NCBI GenBank assembly: GCA_030704615.1
Contig: CM060731.1
Location: 806,001 to 870,000 of the forward strand
Length of the DNA stretch: 64,000 nt
Origin: Takakia lepidozioides
Lineage: Eukaryota > Plantae > Bryophyta
Direction of reading: 5' to 3'
This document shows positions 23,001 through 36,019 of the stretch, piece by piece (within the stretch, counting starts at the first letter, position 1; the number at the start of each line of letters is the position of its first letter). Under the pieces are notes generated by a model. It was not told where the DNA came from and searched no databases. It was given only the letters and a program-made list of their open reading frames with translations. A program made the position numbers and the translations under genes.

Positions 23001-26000
23001 CTGTTATAACAAGCGCTCGGGAAAATGAGAGGATAAACTTCGTTTTCAAAACCGTGGAAGTATTCTGAGATAAAATGGTTATCCCTTAAGTCCAAGAGCT
23101 TGATCTCTGATGTGAACAAGTTAGTTATGAACGTGTAGAGGCCTTTGATGGTGCAACTGCCATCCCATCCCAAAACACGGTGACACCCCTTACCCAGGTT
23201 TAACCAATTTCAGCTTCATGAAAATAACGGGTATAATAGTAGGCATCTTCAACTTTTGGCTGCTGCAAGGAGAGCGAGGTATATATTGCTACAGGATCTC
23301 CTGAGAGCGAAGGGGGACCATCCTGAGGCCTTGTTTGCTTGCTTTCAAAGCGCATAAAGCATATGATGCATTTTCCTTTGTGCCACGGTTAGATTGTGCA
23401 TATTCTCCTCCGTGATTGGGAGAATCCAACTGGAAAGTTTGTGTGGATGCTGTTGCTGCACTTCTTGACATGCAACTTGTTTTCCTGACTACTCCTAGTC
23501 CCCCCCACATGTGCCTTTCCCTTGCCACTACCAGCAGGCTTTGTCTGAGTCTTCCCGGTAAGTGTTACAATCATTGCCACCACCAGCCATCTAGTGCCTT
23601 GTGTTGTTATAAAGTTTCTTATCAATCTCTCTTCTACCGCTTCTCCCTTGTAGTTGGGGTTATGTTTCTTGAAAGATGGTGGCTCAACCACTCTCGCCTC
23701 CCCTCTGGCCATCCAAAGTTGTGATCCCGTTTCCACGTCCTGTGCATATTTCCCCCTTCCCTCACCCCCAGAAAACAAAGGGGGAAAATAAGATATGCAG
23801 ATTCCTCTGCCTGCTCTGGACAGGGCAGAAGGGTGGGCAGACAGAGGAGAAAAGACGGGATGTACCCACCTGCGAGAGAGCATCTTGTAGTGGATTTTAG
23901 CAGGGCAGATCACCTCAATGTCCCCACTTTGCGTCTCATCCCATACTGCACTGGTTTGTGTATCTGGCTCCAGCACTTCCACTATAATACGCGTGTGGTT
24001 CCCACAGAAGCGATGAACTGCCAATGCTCTCACTATCTGTTTGGCATCCTCCTCCTTTGGAATCTGCGACAGACAGTCGGTTTTGTTGTGGCACTCTCGA
24101 AGTTAGTATCCAACATATTATGGCAGACTGACTTTCACAAAACTACAAACCAACTGCCAATGCTCTCACTATTTGGTAGCCTCCTCCTTTGGAACCTGTA
24201 ACAGACAGTCAGTTTTGCTGTGGCACTCTCCACACTAGTATCCAACATATTACGGCGGACTGAATTTCACACAACTACAAACCATGGCCTATGACCTACA
24301 ACCTATGACCTACTTCATATGGCAAACAATAAGAGGAGCCTGCTAAAGGCCCACCTACAATGGCCACTGTGAAAATTGGTAAGAAAGTGTCCAATTTCTA
24401 AAGGTGGCTGACAGCATGGAGGAAATATTGCAACAAGCTGTAAAAACATACCTCAGTTTCTTGATCAGCCAACAAGAAGAAGGCTGAGGCTCGTGCGGCC
24501 AACACCCGCTCTAGGTCTGATTGCTGAACTGGTGACCCTTCTATAAACTCGACTAGACCGTTATAGAGTGCAACTAATTGGCTTAGTTCAAACCTGCCAA
24601 CATACACACCCTGCTTTGTTATATCTTCATTCCAGAGTTCAAGTTCGTTAGAAAGCTATTCACCCTTTGGCATACAATATCTGCCTCTTAGCAGCAAATC
24701 TTTGTGCAACAATTTTTCTCTAGTGGTTTACTTTCTCTTCTTCTGCGGTACTCTTCAAGCTCGGTTGAGCTTCTGAGGACAATACAGAGTTCCCTTCTCT
24801 CTTCTCTCCTGTTTCTAGTTTAGCCTCTTCTCCGGTGGACCCTTGGGGCCCCAAGATCACCATAAACTTTCACTCCTTCATTTATTCTTTCGTATACTCT
24901 CTCCTCATATAATTGCTCAACATCCCGGTGCACTACTAAGTAACCAAGGGATCTTGAACGAGTTGTGTGTCACCATAATCATCCAAATGAATGGTTAATC
25001 TGCAAAAAGTGGTGTACAACTTACGAAGGCCTGAAAGGTGCTAAGATGGTGACGCGCAGTGGATACGTCTCCAGGTCTGTGGATGTACAAATTGTATGTC
25101 TATTACTTGCATCACCTCTGTCTAAGATATATCCATTACAGTAAGATTAACCATTTTATGAACACGTAAATATCTTGTTTTCCACAGCTCCAAAGCACTT
25201 ACACACAATGCATCAAAAGGGCTCCCATTCGTCAAGTTGGATCACCAAAAGTACTATAAAGATAGTACTAGCAAGACATGAGTTTCTACCAGACACACAA
25301 CTATAGAACCTAAAATGTAGCCTGAGAGGTTCTTACCTTCACGGTGGGTAGGGTGGTAAAACTCTGCAAGCCAGTCTTGCACAGCCTCAAATGAAATGCA
25401 TCCACTCATGATGATGTACCGTGAATCAAACACCATCCTAGCGCTAAATGATACTCCATTCGGCCTGCTCCCATGTGTACTCGCGGTTTTGGGAGAAAGA
25501 AAGATGCAGGGTCCCTGGTTGGCTATTCATGGACACCGTACACTTTTCAATATATGACTAGATATATAATTAAATGGGCATTTGCACCATATAGATGAAG
25601 TGAAAATGAAAAACATGAATATCTCTGCATCACTAATCACCTGTTAAAACTTACCACTTTCTTGTCACCCTCCAAAAGGAAGAGAGGTATGTAGAGGTCT
25701 ATAATACCTTTGGAGAGAAAGATTGAATCAAACCAATAAACTCTGTGACGTCAACAGAAAGCCCAAACTATTTAAGGGACAAGAGACTGACACAAACAAG
25801 GGCAAAATGGCCAGAAGGACCTATAAACCAAAAGAAAGCTTCAATTGCTGCCCGAAGACAGATTTCCTAATCTCTGACCTTCACAACTAAACACATCAGG
25901 AGAGAGAGAGAGCAGGAAGCCTGGCAGGCGGGAACCCTGCACAAAGTCTCGAGGAGGGTTTGCACCCTCGAGGTTCCTACTCCAGTAAGGAAGGGTAGGA

Positions 26001-29000
26001 ATCTAGCCCTCATAGCTTTTCTTGGCTTTGCTGAGGTGGCTATGCAAAGAGGTTTAGTACTATCTCTTGCCCTTTCCTCTTGAAAAATGAAAAGAAAAGG
26101 AGCAGGCAGTCCTAACTTGCAGATGGCTGGCAAACATGACCCTTTAAGTCAATCTGCCCTTGAGCTGCAGTTAAAGAACAAGAGAAATACTTCATGTGAG
26201 AGTGAGTAAGAACCAGTGTCCCTGCCTGTCCTATTACGTCGTAACTCATATACTTAATTGCAGGGATATCCGAGAGTTGCCCTTGTCCATCAGTGGACTT
26301 GGGAAATTGAGGGTGTTAAACATGGGGATGACTGGAGTGGAAAGACTTCCAGAGGATTTTGGGCAGCTCAGAGGCCTCACTGAATTGCATCTTCATGAGT
26401 GTGACCACTTACAGACTCTCCCTGAGAACTTTGGTTGCCTTCAACTTCGTATTCTCTTCATGCATCACATCCTAACCTTATCATGCTCCCGGAAGGATTT
26501 GGACGACAAATCAGAAAATTCTTCAAAACACAAGAGATTATCCTAGTAAGTATTGATATGTATCTGTACTTCAAGGTAGCCAAAAATGAAATGAAATGAA
26601 ATGGTGCTTTATAACGTCCGCGGAAAGCTCATAGAGCTTATGGGACAAAATGGAAGAAAACATGAGAGAGGAACAAATCCAGAAACCACAATTAATGTTC
26701 TAGCCAAAAAGAAAGCACTGAGAACATCTGATCCACGGTTAGAGTATCAGAAGAGAAAACGAGAAACAAACAGCAAAGAAAAGAAAAACATAGGCAAGAA
26801 AAAAGAGAAAAGGAAGAAAACGAAGCAAGGACAAATACACATGGATACAACGAACACGGATTCATCTTGAACCCATAACTGAGAAATGCAGTATAGATGA
26901 GAAGATGAAGAAGAAGATCCAGTGTTGAGACTTCATTTCAAATCATTTTTTGGTGATATTTTTCTCCACTCCTCCGACAAGGAGAAAAAGAAACAAAAGA
27001 GGAAGAAATTAGAAAGTGGAGACAGACCTTTGCCAACTACCAGTGTCCTTGGAACTATACTTGGTCTGCCATACTTTGAAAGCACTGCAGAGGTTTGGGC
27101 ACATGCAGGGAGAAAAGGGATTAAAGCACAAGAGCAAGAATTGCTTGAATTATCACCTCTGAGATGCAAGGTGGGTGATATGACGAATTTGAATGGGAAC
27201 AATAACAACTGCAGCAATGATGGTTACAATGCAGATCAACCTTCCCCACTCTGTTTTAGGCGTGATATCCCCATAGCCAACCGAAGCTATCTGCAAGAAC
27301 ATGCCCAGTTCATCGCATCGGAGGAGCCAACACCAATATGAAACAAATAGAGCAGTAATAAACCAACTGGTCCAGCCAATTGAGTCAAAGAGGAAACTCC
27401 TGCCCTCTGACCATTTTCTTTGACTGCCCAGCACACAGTACCACATATGCAGACATTTGATGGAATAGGGAGCCCGGTCCCAACCCTTACTTAATTTGTT
27501 ATGATGCGGATTAGGTGACCATCCACATCAAATTTCATTTCTGAGTAAGTGATCACCTCCTTTTTCCCGTTGTCTGGTATATGTGTCTCACACTACAATA
27601 AACCCTCCAAAACCACTCAGAAAATTGCAAGAGGTTAACATGCAGGTTTTACCATTACTGACAATATTCAACCTAACCAAGAGAGTTGAGAATAGGCACT
27701 TACTCACCGTGACAACAATGTAATAAAATGCATCCAAAAAGCTGATACAACCACTGTAAGAACACTTTTCTTGTAAATGTTTGGGAAGTGCTTCATGCTC
27801 CACCCACTGCATAATGCCTGCGTCCAGAAAAACTGCATGCACCAAATAATCCTTAACATTGCATCAATTGGACAACAAAAGCATTGAAAGGGTTGAATAT
27901 CTGACTCTTTGAGCCTCTTCTACTAGGGTTAAGTACACTCACCAACTCCAAAAGTTGAGACTACGAACAATATAATTTGCTGGGCTACTGTGCTTCCAAC
28001 AACTCCTACTGTGCTTATCAAAGAGAATATCCTGTACACACATTCATGCCGAGGTTAAATGCTGCACGACCAATTAACTAATGCCCTCATGACATGGAAA
28101 CTCCATTGGTAGCTTTGCTCTTGACACTCAGCCACCACACACATCTTCAACTGACGCAAAATCAGGTAAAGCACTTTCATGTTCAGACAAGTTATGATCA
28201 GAACTTGGTCACAGGTGAGTGTGGGTCTCACTATGGAACTACAACAGAAAACCTGACTGACAACAGCCCTACTAAGGATGACTTTCTAACGTCACATTCA
28301 TCTATTGAAGGAGAGAAGGTCAAAGATACATAACAATGGATATCGTTCAGTCACACAAGTAGTCTGTACTGATAGAGACCGAGGGTTCTACCTGACAGTA
28401 CGCAAAAATTGCAAAAGCCGAAGGACACCTCCGCCATTCAACGTACTCCTGGATAAATCAGATAAGCAAACATCTAAGTTCAGTAGGTGCATTACACTCC
28501 GTAACTGGGAAAGCGTAAATCCTAGAGAGGCAACAGAGACATCAAGGTGCAGGGTGGAAAAAGCTCAGCAGGTAGCATGGAGCATACGATTTCTGGATGT
28601 GAGCTCGAAGCAAAGATCACCTCTGTACTACCATTTTTCTACAGCTCGAAATTTGTCTTTCATCTTATGTGATTGAGGTTCAGGATAACTTTAATGCTGC
28701 TGAGATAGTCATGCGACATGTAATGAAGTCTCATTGTGAATCCACACGGTATGATGACATTAGAGGAGAGCATGTGATACCCAAGGCCGCTGAGCAGAAA
28801 TACATACTTAAAGAGAATAATAATGGGCAGGGCACTCAGTAAACCAATCAAACCCCGAAAAGAAAATACATAGTACACTCGTACTGGTTCACTGCACAGA
28901 CAGATCAAAAGAGGATAATTAAGGCTCTATCTGTACAAAAACTATGTAGGAACTAGTGATACGACATCCTACTTGCGCATCCTAGCTGCAGCTTTCAACT

Positions 29001-31567
29001 ACATGACTGGAATGCCAGTCTATGTGCACCCACTGCAGTGAATGATTTAGTTCAGTAAGTAGCTGCAATAACTTTCCGACAAATTATGCCAGTCCATGTC
29101 CCTACTCACTGTCTCATTCAAAGAGCTATGTACAGTTGGAATCCAAAAAAGATCAAAAGTATCAGTTTCCCGTACAGAGCCGCCTTACAGAATTTAGGAT
29201 ATTACCATGGGAAATTTACACAAGCCGTGGTCAGGTGGTACAAAACCACATAAAGTGATCTATACAGAATACACGGGGATGCATATATTCACAGGGAACA
29301 CATGCAAGGTGAAAATGCACAATGTGGTTTTATTTGGTCATAACCTGCCTAACCCCAAGCCTCACCCCCATTGCACTAACAATGGGGATGCAATAGCTGC
29401 CAGGTCAAGGCACACTGTACTGCCAACAAGGAGTGTTCCAAACAATATCACTTAAACATGGGTGGAAAATAAAAGGTGCAGGGCACAGCCAAGAGGGAGC
29501 AGAACTATGCATGAGGCTGGCAGACAGGCCAGCTTCCTTTGTTGACCAGCTGTATGAGCATTGCTACGTTATGAGACTGAAAGAAACATTCTATGCACCC
29601 ATCGGACATTGCATATCTCTAAGCATACTCCGGACCCTCATGCAAGTTACATTATTAATTCAGGCTTTTACCAAGTGTTTTCAAATCATGGAGCATATTC
29701 TAGCTCTGCCATCAATTTGAAGTTTGCAAAGGAGTGAAGACTTCCTAGCTTACTTGTCTTGGCAATGACCAGCACTCGTGTGCTATCAAATCAAGCGCCG
29801 TGAACATAATATCCTTATTAAGTATGGAGATATCCATACAATTAAACGTAACCGAAAAGTACTGAGAAGATCTGATCTACAGTTAGAGGGATTTTTAGAA
29901 GATAAAACCAGAAACAAACAGCAAAGAGAAGTAAACAGAGGCAAGAAAGAAGAAAATAGAAAAGAAGCAAAGACAAAAAAGAGAAGGATACCAACAAAAC
30001 AACACTGCGATTATCATGACAACTATCTGTCCAAATCCTTGTATGGACGGCTGGAAGCAACTAGAGAAACACCTTCTGATTCCCTTGGTCAACTAAGTCT
30101 GGGAAAGGCAAAGCTGGTCAGCAAGGCCTTACCTAAAAACACGCAACATGTAATCTGCAACGAACACAACACTTACAATGTTCTGAATCCACCCCACCCA
30201 CTCATGTCCCTCATGCCAATGGTACCTGCTCCAACATGGCACACCAGCAAGACACACCTTTCAGGATCTTCTCTCTCTTCCGCCCAAACTGGGCTTGTGG
30301 TATATGGCCGCAAGGTTACCGCAAACAAAGTCTTATGAGTACATTCTATCTCTCTCTTCCCTGAACTTGTTTCCATTCTCTGACATGGGCGAGGACCTTA
30401 AGCATGATCTCAAGGGCTCACCTATCCTTGGCACTAGACTGTAATTTAAACTCAGGGCTGGAAGCGTACCTCTGAACAATAAACAGATACAGAGAGGAAG
30501 AAGAGATTGTAAATGACATATGTGCGGGCAGCCTGAAGACAACATCCATTTTCTGATACATTGTCTGGGATGTTCTCACCCTCTTCAGGACCCTCGAGAA
30601 CATTGTCCTTGCACCTCTGTTAACCAACTTTCAAAATCTTGAGGATGAGCCTAAGGCCCTGGCCCTCATGGGGTCTAATTGCTGGACAGCTTACACACAG
30701 CAAGATGATGCTTGTGTGAAGGGCTTTCTAGTGGATATCTGGAAAACCCGAACTAATTGTCTCTATCAAGGTAAGTCACACTACCGAAGTGAGCCCCTCA
30801 CAAAGGTAGTATGTGTTCCCTTTTGTTTCGCCCAAACTGGGGTCTATGGCCACAAGGCCACGGCAAACAACGTCGTACGAGTACATTCTCTCTCTCTTCC
30901 TCTCTTACACACCCAGAGTGACACGCAGATGCCTTCCCCATGCATGTCACTGGTAAACGCAGGGCTATAAAACTAAAATCAATAACTCTGCAACCAGGCT
31001 GTTGAGTTTGCATGTGGACAAGTGCTTCGGTGAGGCAATTGCTGGAAAATAAGGTGATACCTGCTGCTGCAGAGATAAGATAAAACCTGGTGGGAGCCAA
31101 TCCCACAAAAGGCTACCCTTGGCACTAGACTGAAATTTAAACCTGGGGCGGGGAGTCTACCTTTGAACAATAAACAGATGCAGAGCGAAAAAGGGAGCCC
31201 AATGCGCAGGCGGCCTGAAAACAATATCCAATTTCTCATACAATGCCTATTCCCAACAGAGAGGGACCCTCTTCAGGACCATCAAGAACATAGTCCCTGC
31301 GTCTTTGTTCACCAACGTCAAAATCTCGAGGCTGAGCCTAAAGCCTCGGGGGTCTAATTGATGGGCAGCTCACACACAGCAGATTCATGCTTGTGTGAAG
31401 GGTTTTTTAAAGGATATCTGGAAAGCTCGAACTATTGTTTTTTCCAAGGTAAGTCCCACTACCGGAGTGAGCCCATCACAAAGGTAGAGTCTGTTCCCTC
31501 TTGTTCCACCCAAACTGGGCGCAGGTCTATGGCCAAAAGGCTACGGCAAACACTGTGTTATGGGTAT

Positions 31568-31599
<32 letters not shown>

Positions 31600-33497
31600 C
31601 TGCTTCAAAATCCCATGTATTGTAGGCAGGAGGGAAGTCAAATGTGACCAAACTAAATCTGTAAAGGAAGCCACACTGTATCTGTGAGTTCAAATATACA
31701 CGTGGTTACCCTAGTAAGAAACTTTCAGCACAAGCAGTGTTGATCGTACATCTGTCTAGCCCATCTGCAACAGAGTCTATACTCCATAGCCAGAAGGTTT
31801 CTCATGCTTATTGCCTTGTCATCTCTCTTGATCCACCAGTTGAGAAGAGAAAAGGATTGACTGCACATCTGGTCTGCTCTGAGTTACAATCAATGATACG
31901 GGCAGAGTTCAGATGATGCCTTACGTAGAATACACATGCAGAGCTCCTGACAAAACAGCACACACAAACTCCAGCTGCATCCCCACCAGAGACATAACTG
32001 AGACATTTCAGGGTTGTGACTGTTTGAAAGACAGCATGCTTATGTCTCACAACAGAACAGCTCTTTCCTATTCTTCATGATCTCTGGACCCAGGAATAGG
32101 TGGTGACCTTCTTTTCACAGAATGTTAGCACCAACACACTGACCAGAACATATATACTTATAAAGCAAGGAGGAGCTACAGGATAGGTCACTTGGTATTG
32201 CAGAATTAATTGCTGGCAATTCCTTATTTGCGGCTGTGACATTGCATAGACACAAGCCAGGGTCGAAGCTTCCTCTTGAGCTCTTTCTGTCGTGAACTCC
32301 ATCATTGGACGGGAAGGGAACAGAATAAGCCAAATACAACCTCAGATTGTAAACCCACAAAAGATGTTCACAAAACTACAGCCACTGTGCTGGGATAAGG
32401 AAGGTGAATGGCAAACCAATTCCCGACCATCACTGTCTAAAGTCTCCATCAAGCATCATGACAAAGGATAAGTACGTGTTCAATAAACAGAAAGTCGGCA
32501 GGGTTGCAGCATGTCAACTGCAGCAGAGCGGAGGAGGCCTGTGTGACATCACAATCAGCCCTTGCCCACATTCTAGAACCAGGCAAGCAGTGACTACATT
32601 GCAAGTAAGCCCGCCCACATATTCAAGAGTCAGTGTAATTAAATAGGTCTAGAGACACTCCCTGGCCTTGTATGAACAAGACTGTAAGAGATAAGCTTAC
32701 TGCAATCCACTCTGATGCTCTCTCAGTTGTGTGGTAGGACTCTCCTCGTTCTCGTAAAAAAAACCTTCCACATAATGATAATGGGAAAGGTGACCGACAA
32801 AAAAATTCCAACTCCTTACAAATCCCTGGTGATCCTGGTATGACTGCATCATCATGCCTTAGCATGTTTGCATAATTGCTTTGCATGACTAGGCCATGAG
32901 ACAGAACAATTCAGGCGAGACTTCATGTTTTCCACTCCCTTGGACAGAGAGAATTATCTCCCGGTGCCTTATCTACAATGCGAAGTCAGTCAAAAAACCA
33001 TCACTGTCGATTATACAAATTGCTCGGGTGTTATGCTTGGGTTACTCTGTTTGAAGCACGTGAGTGTTCAATCAGCAGAGTAATGGTGCATCCATTCACT
33101 TCTATCACAAACGTGTAGAATTCCATGTATATTATCTGACTTTAACGTGCAAAAAACTAGCAATATCAGACCTTACAGCAAGCATGATCACAATGTCAGC
33201 AAATGCAAATCGAATGAAGTTGGTGAGATAGGGAGGGTATAGATGCAGTGATAGGTCTCGTATGCATACCATATGCCACAGGAAGCCAATGAAACCAAAC
33301 CGAAGAGCTGCTCGTATCCTCAAAAACATCGGGACTTTGCCAAACAGAAAGGAGTCATGATAGGTCCGCAAGACATGCTTGTTGACATCCATGTGCTTTT
33401 TTAGGCGGTACTGTTTGTCCAACTTGAAGAATGTGTCAAACAACTCCTGGATTTTTGCCCGCAATTTCTCCGACCATTGCTGGTTCACATTCTCCAT
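19904..33497 (-). CDS. Slo/BK-family (Ca2+-activated-type) potassium channel alpha subunit, 17 coding exons
   Basis: Phase-consistent GT-AG exons: 33270-33497, 31925-31974, 30133-30225, 28808-28891, ~28392-28448 (S4 VLRLLQFLRTVR), ~27943-28031, ~27707-27832, ~27156-27290 (pore IASVGYGDITP), ~25317-25464, ~25025-25076, ~24452-24592, ~23870-24063, ~22988-23157, ~22708-22800, ~21639-22535, ~20675-21000, 19904-~20214. Two RCK domains (EGSPVQQSDLER; KGSPVYELDL). Confidence 0.9.
24017..24283. repeat. About 135-bp tandem duplication spanning a BK splice acceptor
   Basis: actgccaatgctctcactat...ctacaaacc at 24017-24152 and 24153-24283. Confidence 0.9.
26263..26500 (+). pseudogene. Orphan NLR-type leucine-rich-repeat exon fragment inside a BK intron (antisense)
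   Basis: ttgcag|DIRELPLSISGLGKLRVLNMGMTGVERLPEDFGQLRGLTELHLHECDHLQTLPENFGCLQLRILFM (LxxLPxxFGxLxxLxxLxL repeats), then frameshift. Confidence 0.8.
26585..26705 (-). mobile_element. 3' end of young LINE family C with (CATTT)n tail
   Basis: Near-identical to 42006-42110 and 44861-44960. Confidence 0.85.
30270..31600 (+). mobile_element. Three 3'-end fragments of LINE family A with (CT)n tails (about 30270-30360, 30362-30905, 31115-31600)
   Basis: Homologous to the reverse complement of 42600-43070 (cttggcactagactg..atttaaactc.gggc.ggaag). Shared 3' UTR cgcccaaactggg...tatggcc..aagg..acggcaaaca. Confidence 0.85.
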
Positions 33498-34604
33498 GCT
33501 CCCCGACGTCGGTACAGACGTACAGCCGGCAACGGACTGTGGAAACTCTCCAGAGGTCCAAAGATATGGGATGGCTCACTGCTCAGGGGGATCATCCATT
33601 CTGATGGGAGAGGTCGTTGAAAACACCAGGCTTTGGTCGTTTCCGAACTTGTCCTCCAATCTCCATAATCCTTCAAAACCTGCAAGTACTAAATCTTTTC
33701 AGTCGGCCGAGTCAAGAAGGACAATGATGATTGTGCTCTGAGGTATACGGCCCTCGGCCCCTCCCCATGAAATGTGTCCACTGGAGAGACTGAAAAACGA
33801 ACTCACAGAATCATGAAATTTTGCGTGTGAACCTTTCGATCAATGCCACTCCAATACACATGCTATGGACCATCGACTCATATGTGCAGCCTCCATGTCT
33901 GCCTTTTCCCTTCCCTGTCAGGAGTAGTCCTTCACAAGATTTTCGATTGAGGAGTGGACTTGAGCTGTGGAGGACCTAAAGCTTGCATGCATTCACTCTT
34001 CCCGCATATGATGGGCAACGTCGCACAAGGGATGTCTTGCACATGCAACGCCCAACAGCCCTACTAGGTTGTCGATGGGACTATTGTGCAAGTGGGTACT
34101 CGTTGAGATTATATCTTGGGAGGGAGAAGGGGGGCAGTACCCCAAAAACAATGAGAAATGCAGTTTTTGATGAGACCCGCGGACATGCTTTGACGTTGCT
34201 TCCTGTTATAAATGAGAGGGTGCTGTTTGGGCCACTCGAGGGTCCGCATTCAGCAATGCTTTGTAGATCTGTTTGGAGGTTATGGAGAAGAATGGCTCGT
34301 GTTCACTGTCGAAGGACCATTCCCCTTCTTTTGGGTCCGGTGGGATGTATAGTAGTGATCTCTTGGCCACCCAGATGAAATCATCGGATAGGGATTGGCA
34401 GAGCATATCGGGCTCATTTCAAGAAAGCAATCTCCAGTGTGTGCAACCGTGTAAGATTTTGAGCTGACGCAGTCAAATTGTCAGTTCATCCCTCACTACC
34501 ACATCTTGTCAATTGCCATGAATACAAGTCCCCGACCTGCTAATAAGTTTTCTCTCACCTCGTCCATCCTCTACTTTCACTGAAGCTTTCACCTCTTGAA
34601 GCAT
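33498..34604 (-). pseudogene. Decayed in-frame N-terminal extension of the BK channel
   Basis: ATG at 34602-34604 is in frame with ATG 33497. 369 codons with no frameshift and 9 stops (8 TGA, 1 TAA). Confidence 0.65.
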
Positions 34605-35759
34605 GCATCATGACAGAGAGTCACCTCAGTTCCATAGTGGAATAGACATTGTCAGTTAGTGGCACCCTTAACGGCAAATCAAACCCAACAGCAAGACTGC
34701 AAGTCTGGTGATGCAGCCCGTGATCAAGAGCCTCGCCAAACAGGCGGCACACCAAATGGCTGTCACAAGAAATTGTAGCGGTTGATTTAGCGCAGCAGCT
34801 GGCGATGAGATGACTTTTGGACATCACTCACTTGGCGCCAAAGTTGGTTTCTGCCTTTTCCGTGCTGATCAGAGGTTGCTAGAAGTTGCAAGAGTGCCTG
34901 GGTCAGATCTTTTTTTGTTTGCTTTTTTTTCTTTTTTTTAAAGGAACAGGGGACAGTGGCCCTGGAGAACTTTAATAGGGTTAAGGAAAACATAACCTTA
35001 CAGAAAGCCATAAGGCGGATTACTGAGCTTCCACTCCGAACCATTAACACCAAGGGAGAAAGGCACTAGGGCCATGGAAGGCACAAGGGCTTTGGAGAGG
35101 AAGCCTGGGAAATAAACTAGAGAGAAGGAACTAGAGAGATGGCCAGCCCTTAGAATCGCTGCAAGTTACCACATCATGCCTGAAGCAAAACAGCCTACGG
35201 CAAATCAAGGACCAGGAAGCATCTGCTGAAGGCTTCTAAAAGAACTCAGCCACATCATATCTACTGAGCCAGAAATATCCGATATCAGGGCAGTTGAAGA
35301 AGGTGAAGAAACGAGCAAAGAGCATTCGTCCGCATCCAAAAGCCTGCTCGCCATCTTTGAGCTCTGATTCCAATGGAAACATCTGCTCCCGAAGTATCAG
35401 GCGGCCAACTCTTCTGTTGCCTCCTTCTCGACATCTCCATCGGATCATTCGTTCATGACAGGCTTGTTCTCGCTGGCCTTTGGCTTGTTAGTGCTGGGCT
35501 TCACCTCCTCAGTCTTCCTTTTGTCGCCAGCGCCTTTCTGGCTCAGAAAAGAACGAAAGAGCGCAGAATTCACATCATAAATCATCTTCGTTTCACCCCC
35601 GAAAACACCTTCACTATGTATCGAAACACAGACAAGCACACACACACAAGGTCAAGGTCTAAGGACAATAGAATTAGGGTTTCAAAGGAAAGAGTTCCGA
35701 GTACTTATAAGGACGAGCTACACACGGCCAGACATAACAAGCAACGTGGCGACCGCTGA

Positions 35760-35895
35760 TCGGCTGAATGGCGAGTGACCCGCGATTTCCTCTCTGTGTA
35801 ACTCGTTCGTTTGAAGTGTGATCAGTATGCGCGGGAACGCGTGCCGTTAGCGGCACAAGGCGAGAGAGAGAGAGGGAGAGAGAGAAGAGAGCGTG
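35760..35895. promoter_or_regulatory. Probable bidirectional promoter between BK and CAP-H with E2F-like and MSA-like motifs and a GA tract
   Basis: gcgcgggaa (~35829), gccgttag = CTAACGGC on the minus strand (~35843-35850), GA-rich 35862-35891. The region is CpG-rich and lies between divergent genes. Confidence 0.45.
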
Positions 35896-36019
35896 AGTCC
35901 GTGTGTTGTTCGTAGGCGGGGATTTGTTGAGGAGGACAGTTGGTGTAGGTTAGGTTACTTCCATCGTGTGGTGTTTGCTAGAGAGCAGGTTGGATTGCGG
36001 GAGGGAGAGACGGGGGAAG

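Noticed and set aside
32075-32360. Candidate BK S1 exon (VVFGLF...)
   Set aside because: Many stops; exon 31925-31974 supplies S1 in the correct phase.
33498-34604. Selenoprotein reading of the TGA-rich leader
   Set aside because: Includes a TAA, has no redox-motif context, no SECIS was identified, and land plants lack the Sec machinery.
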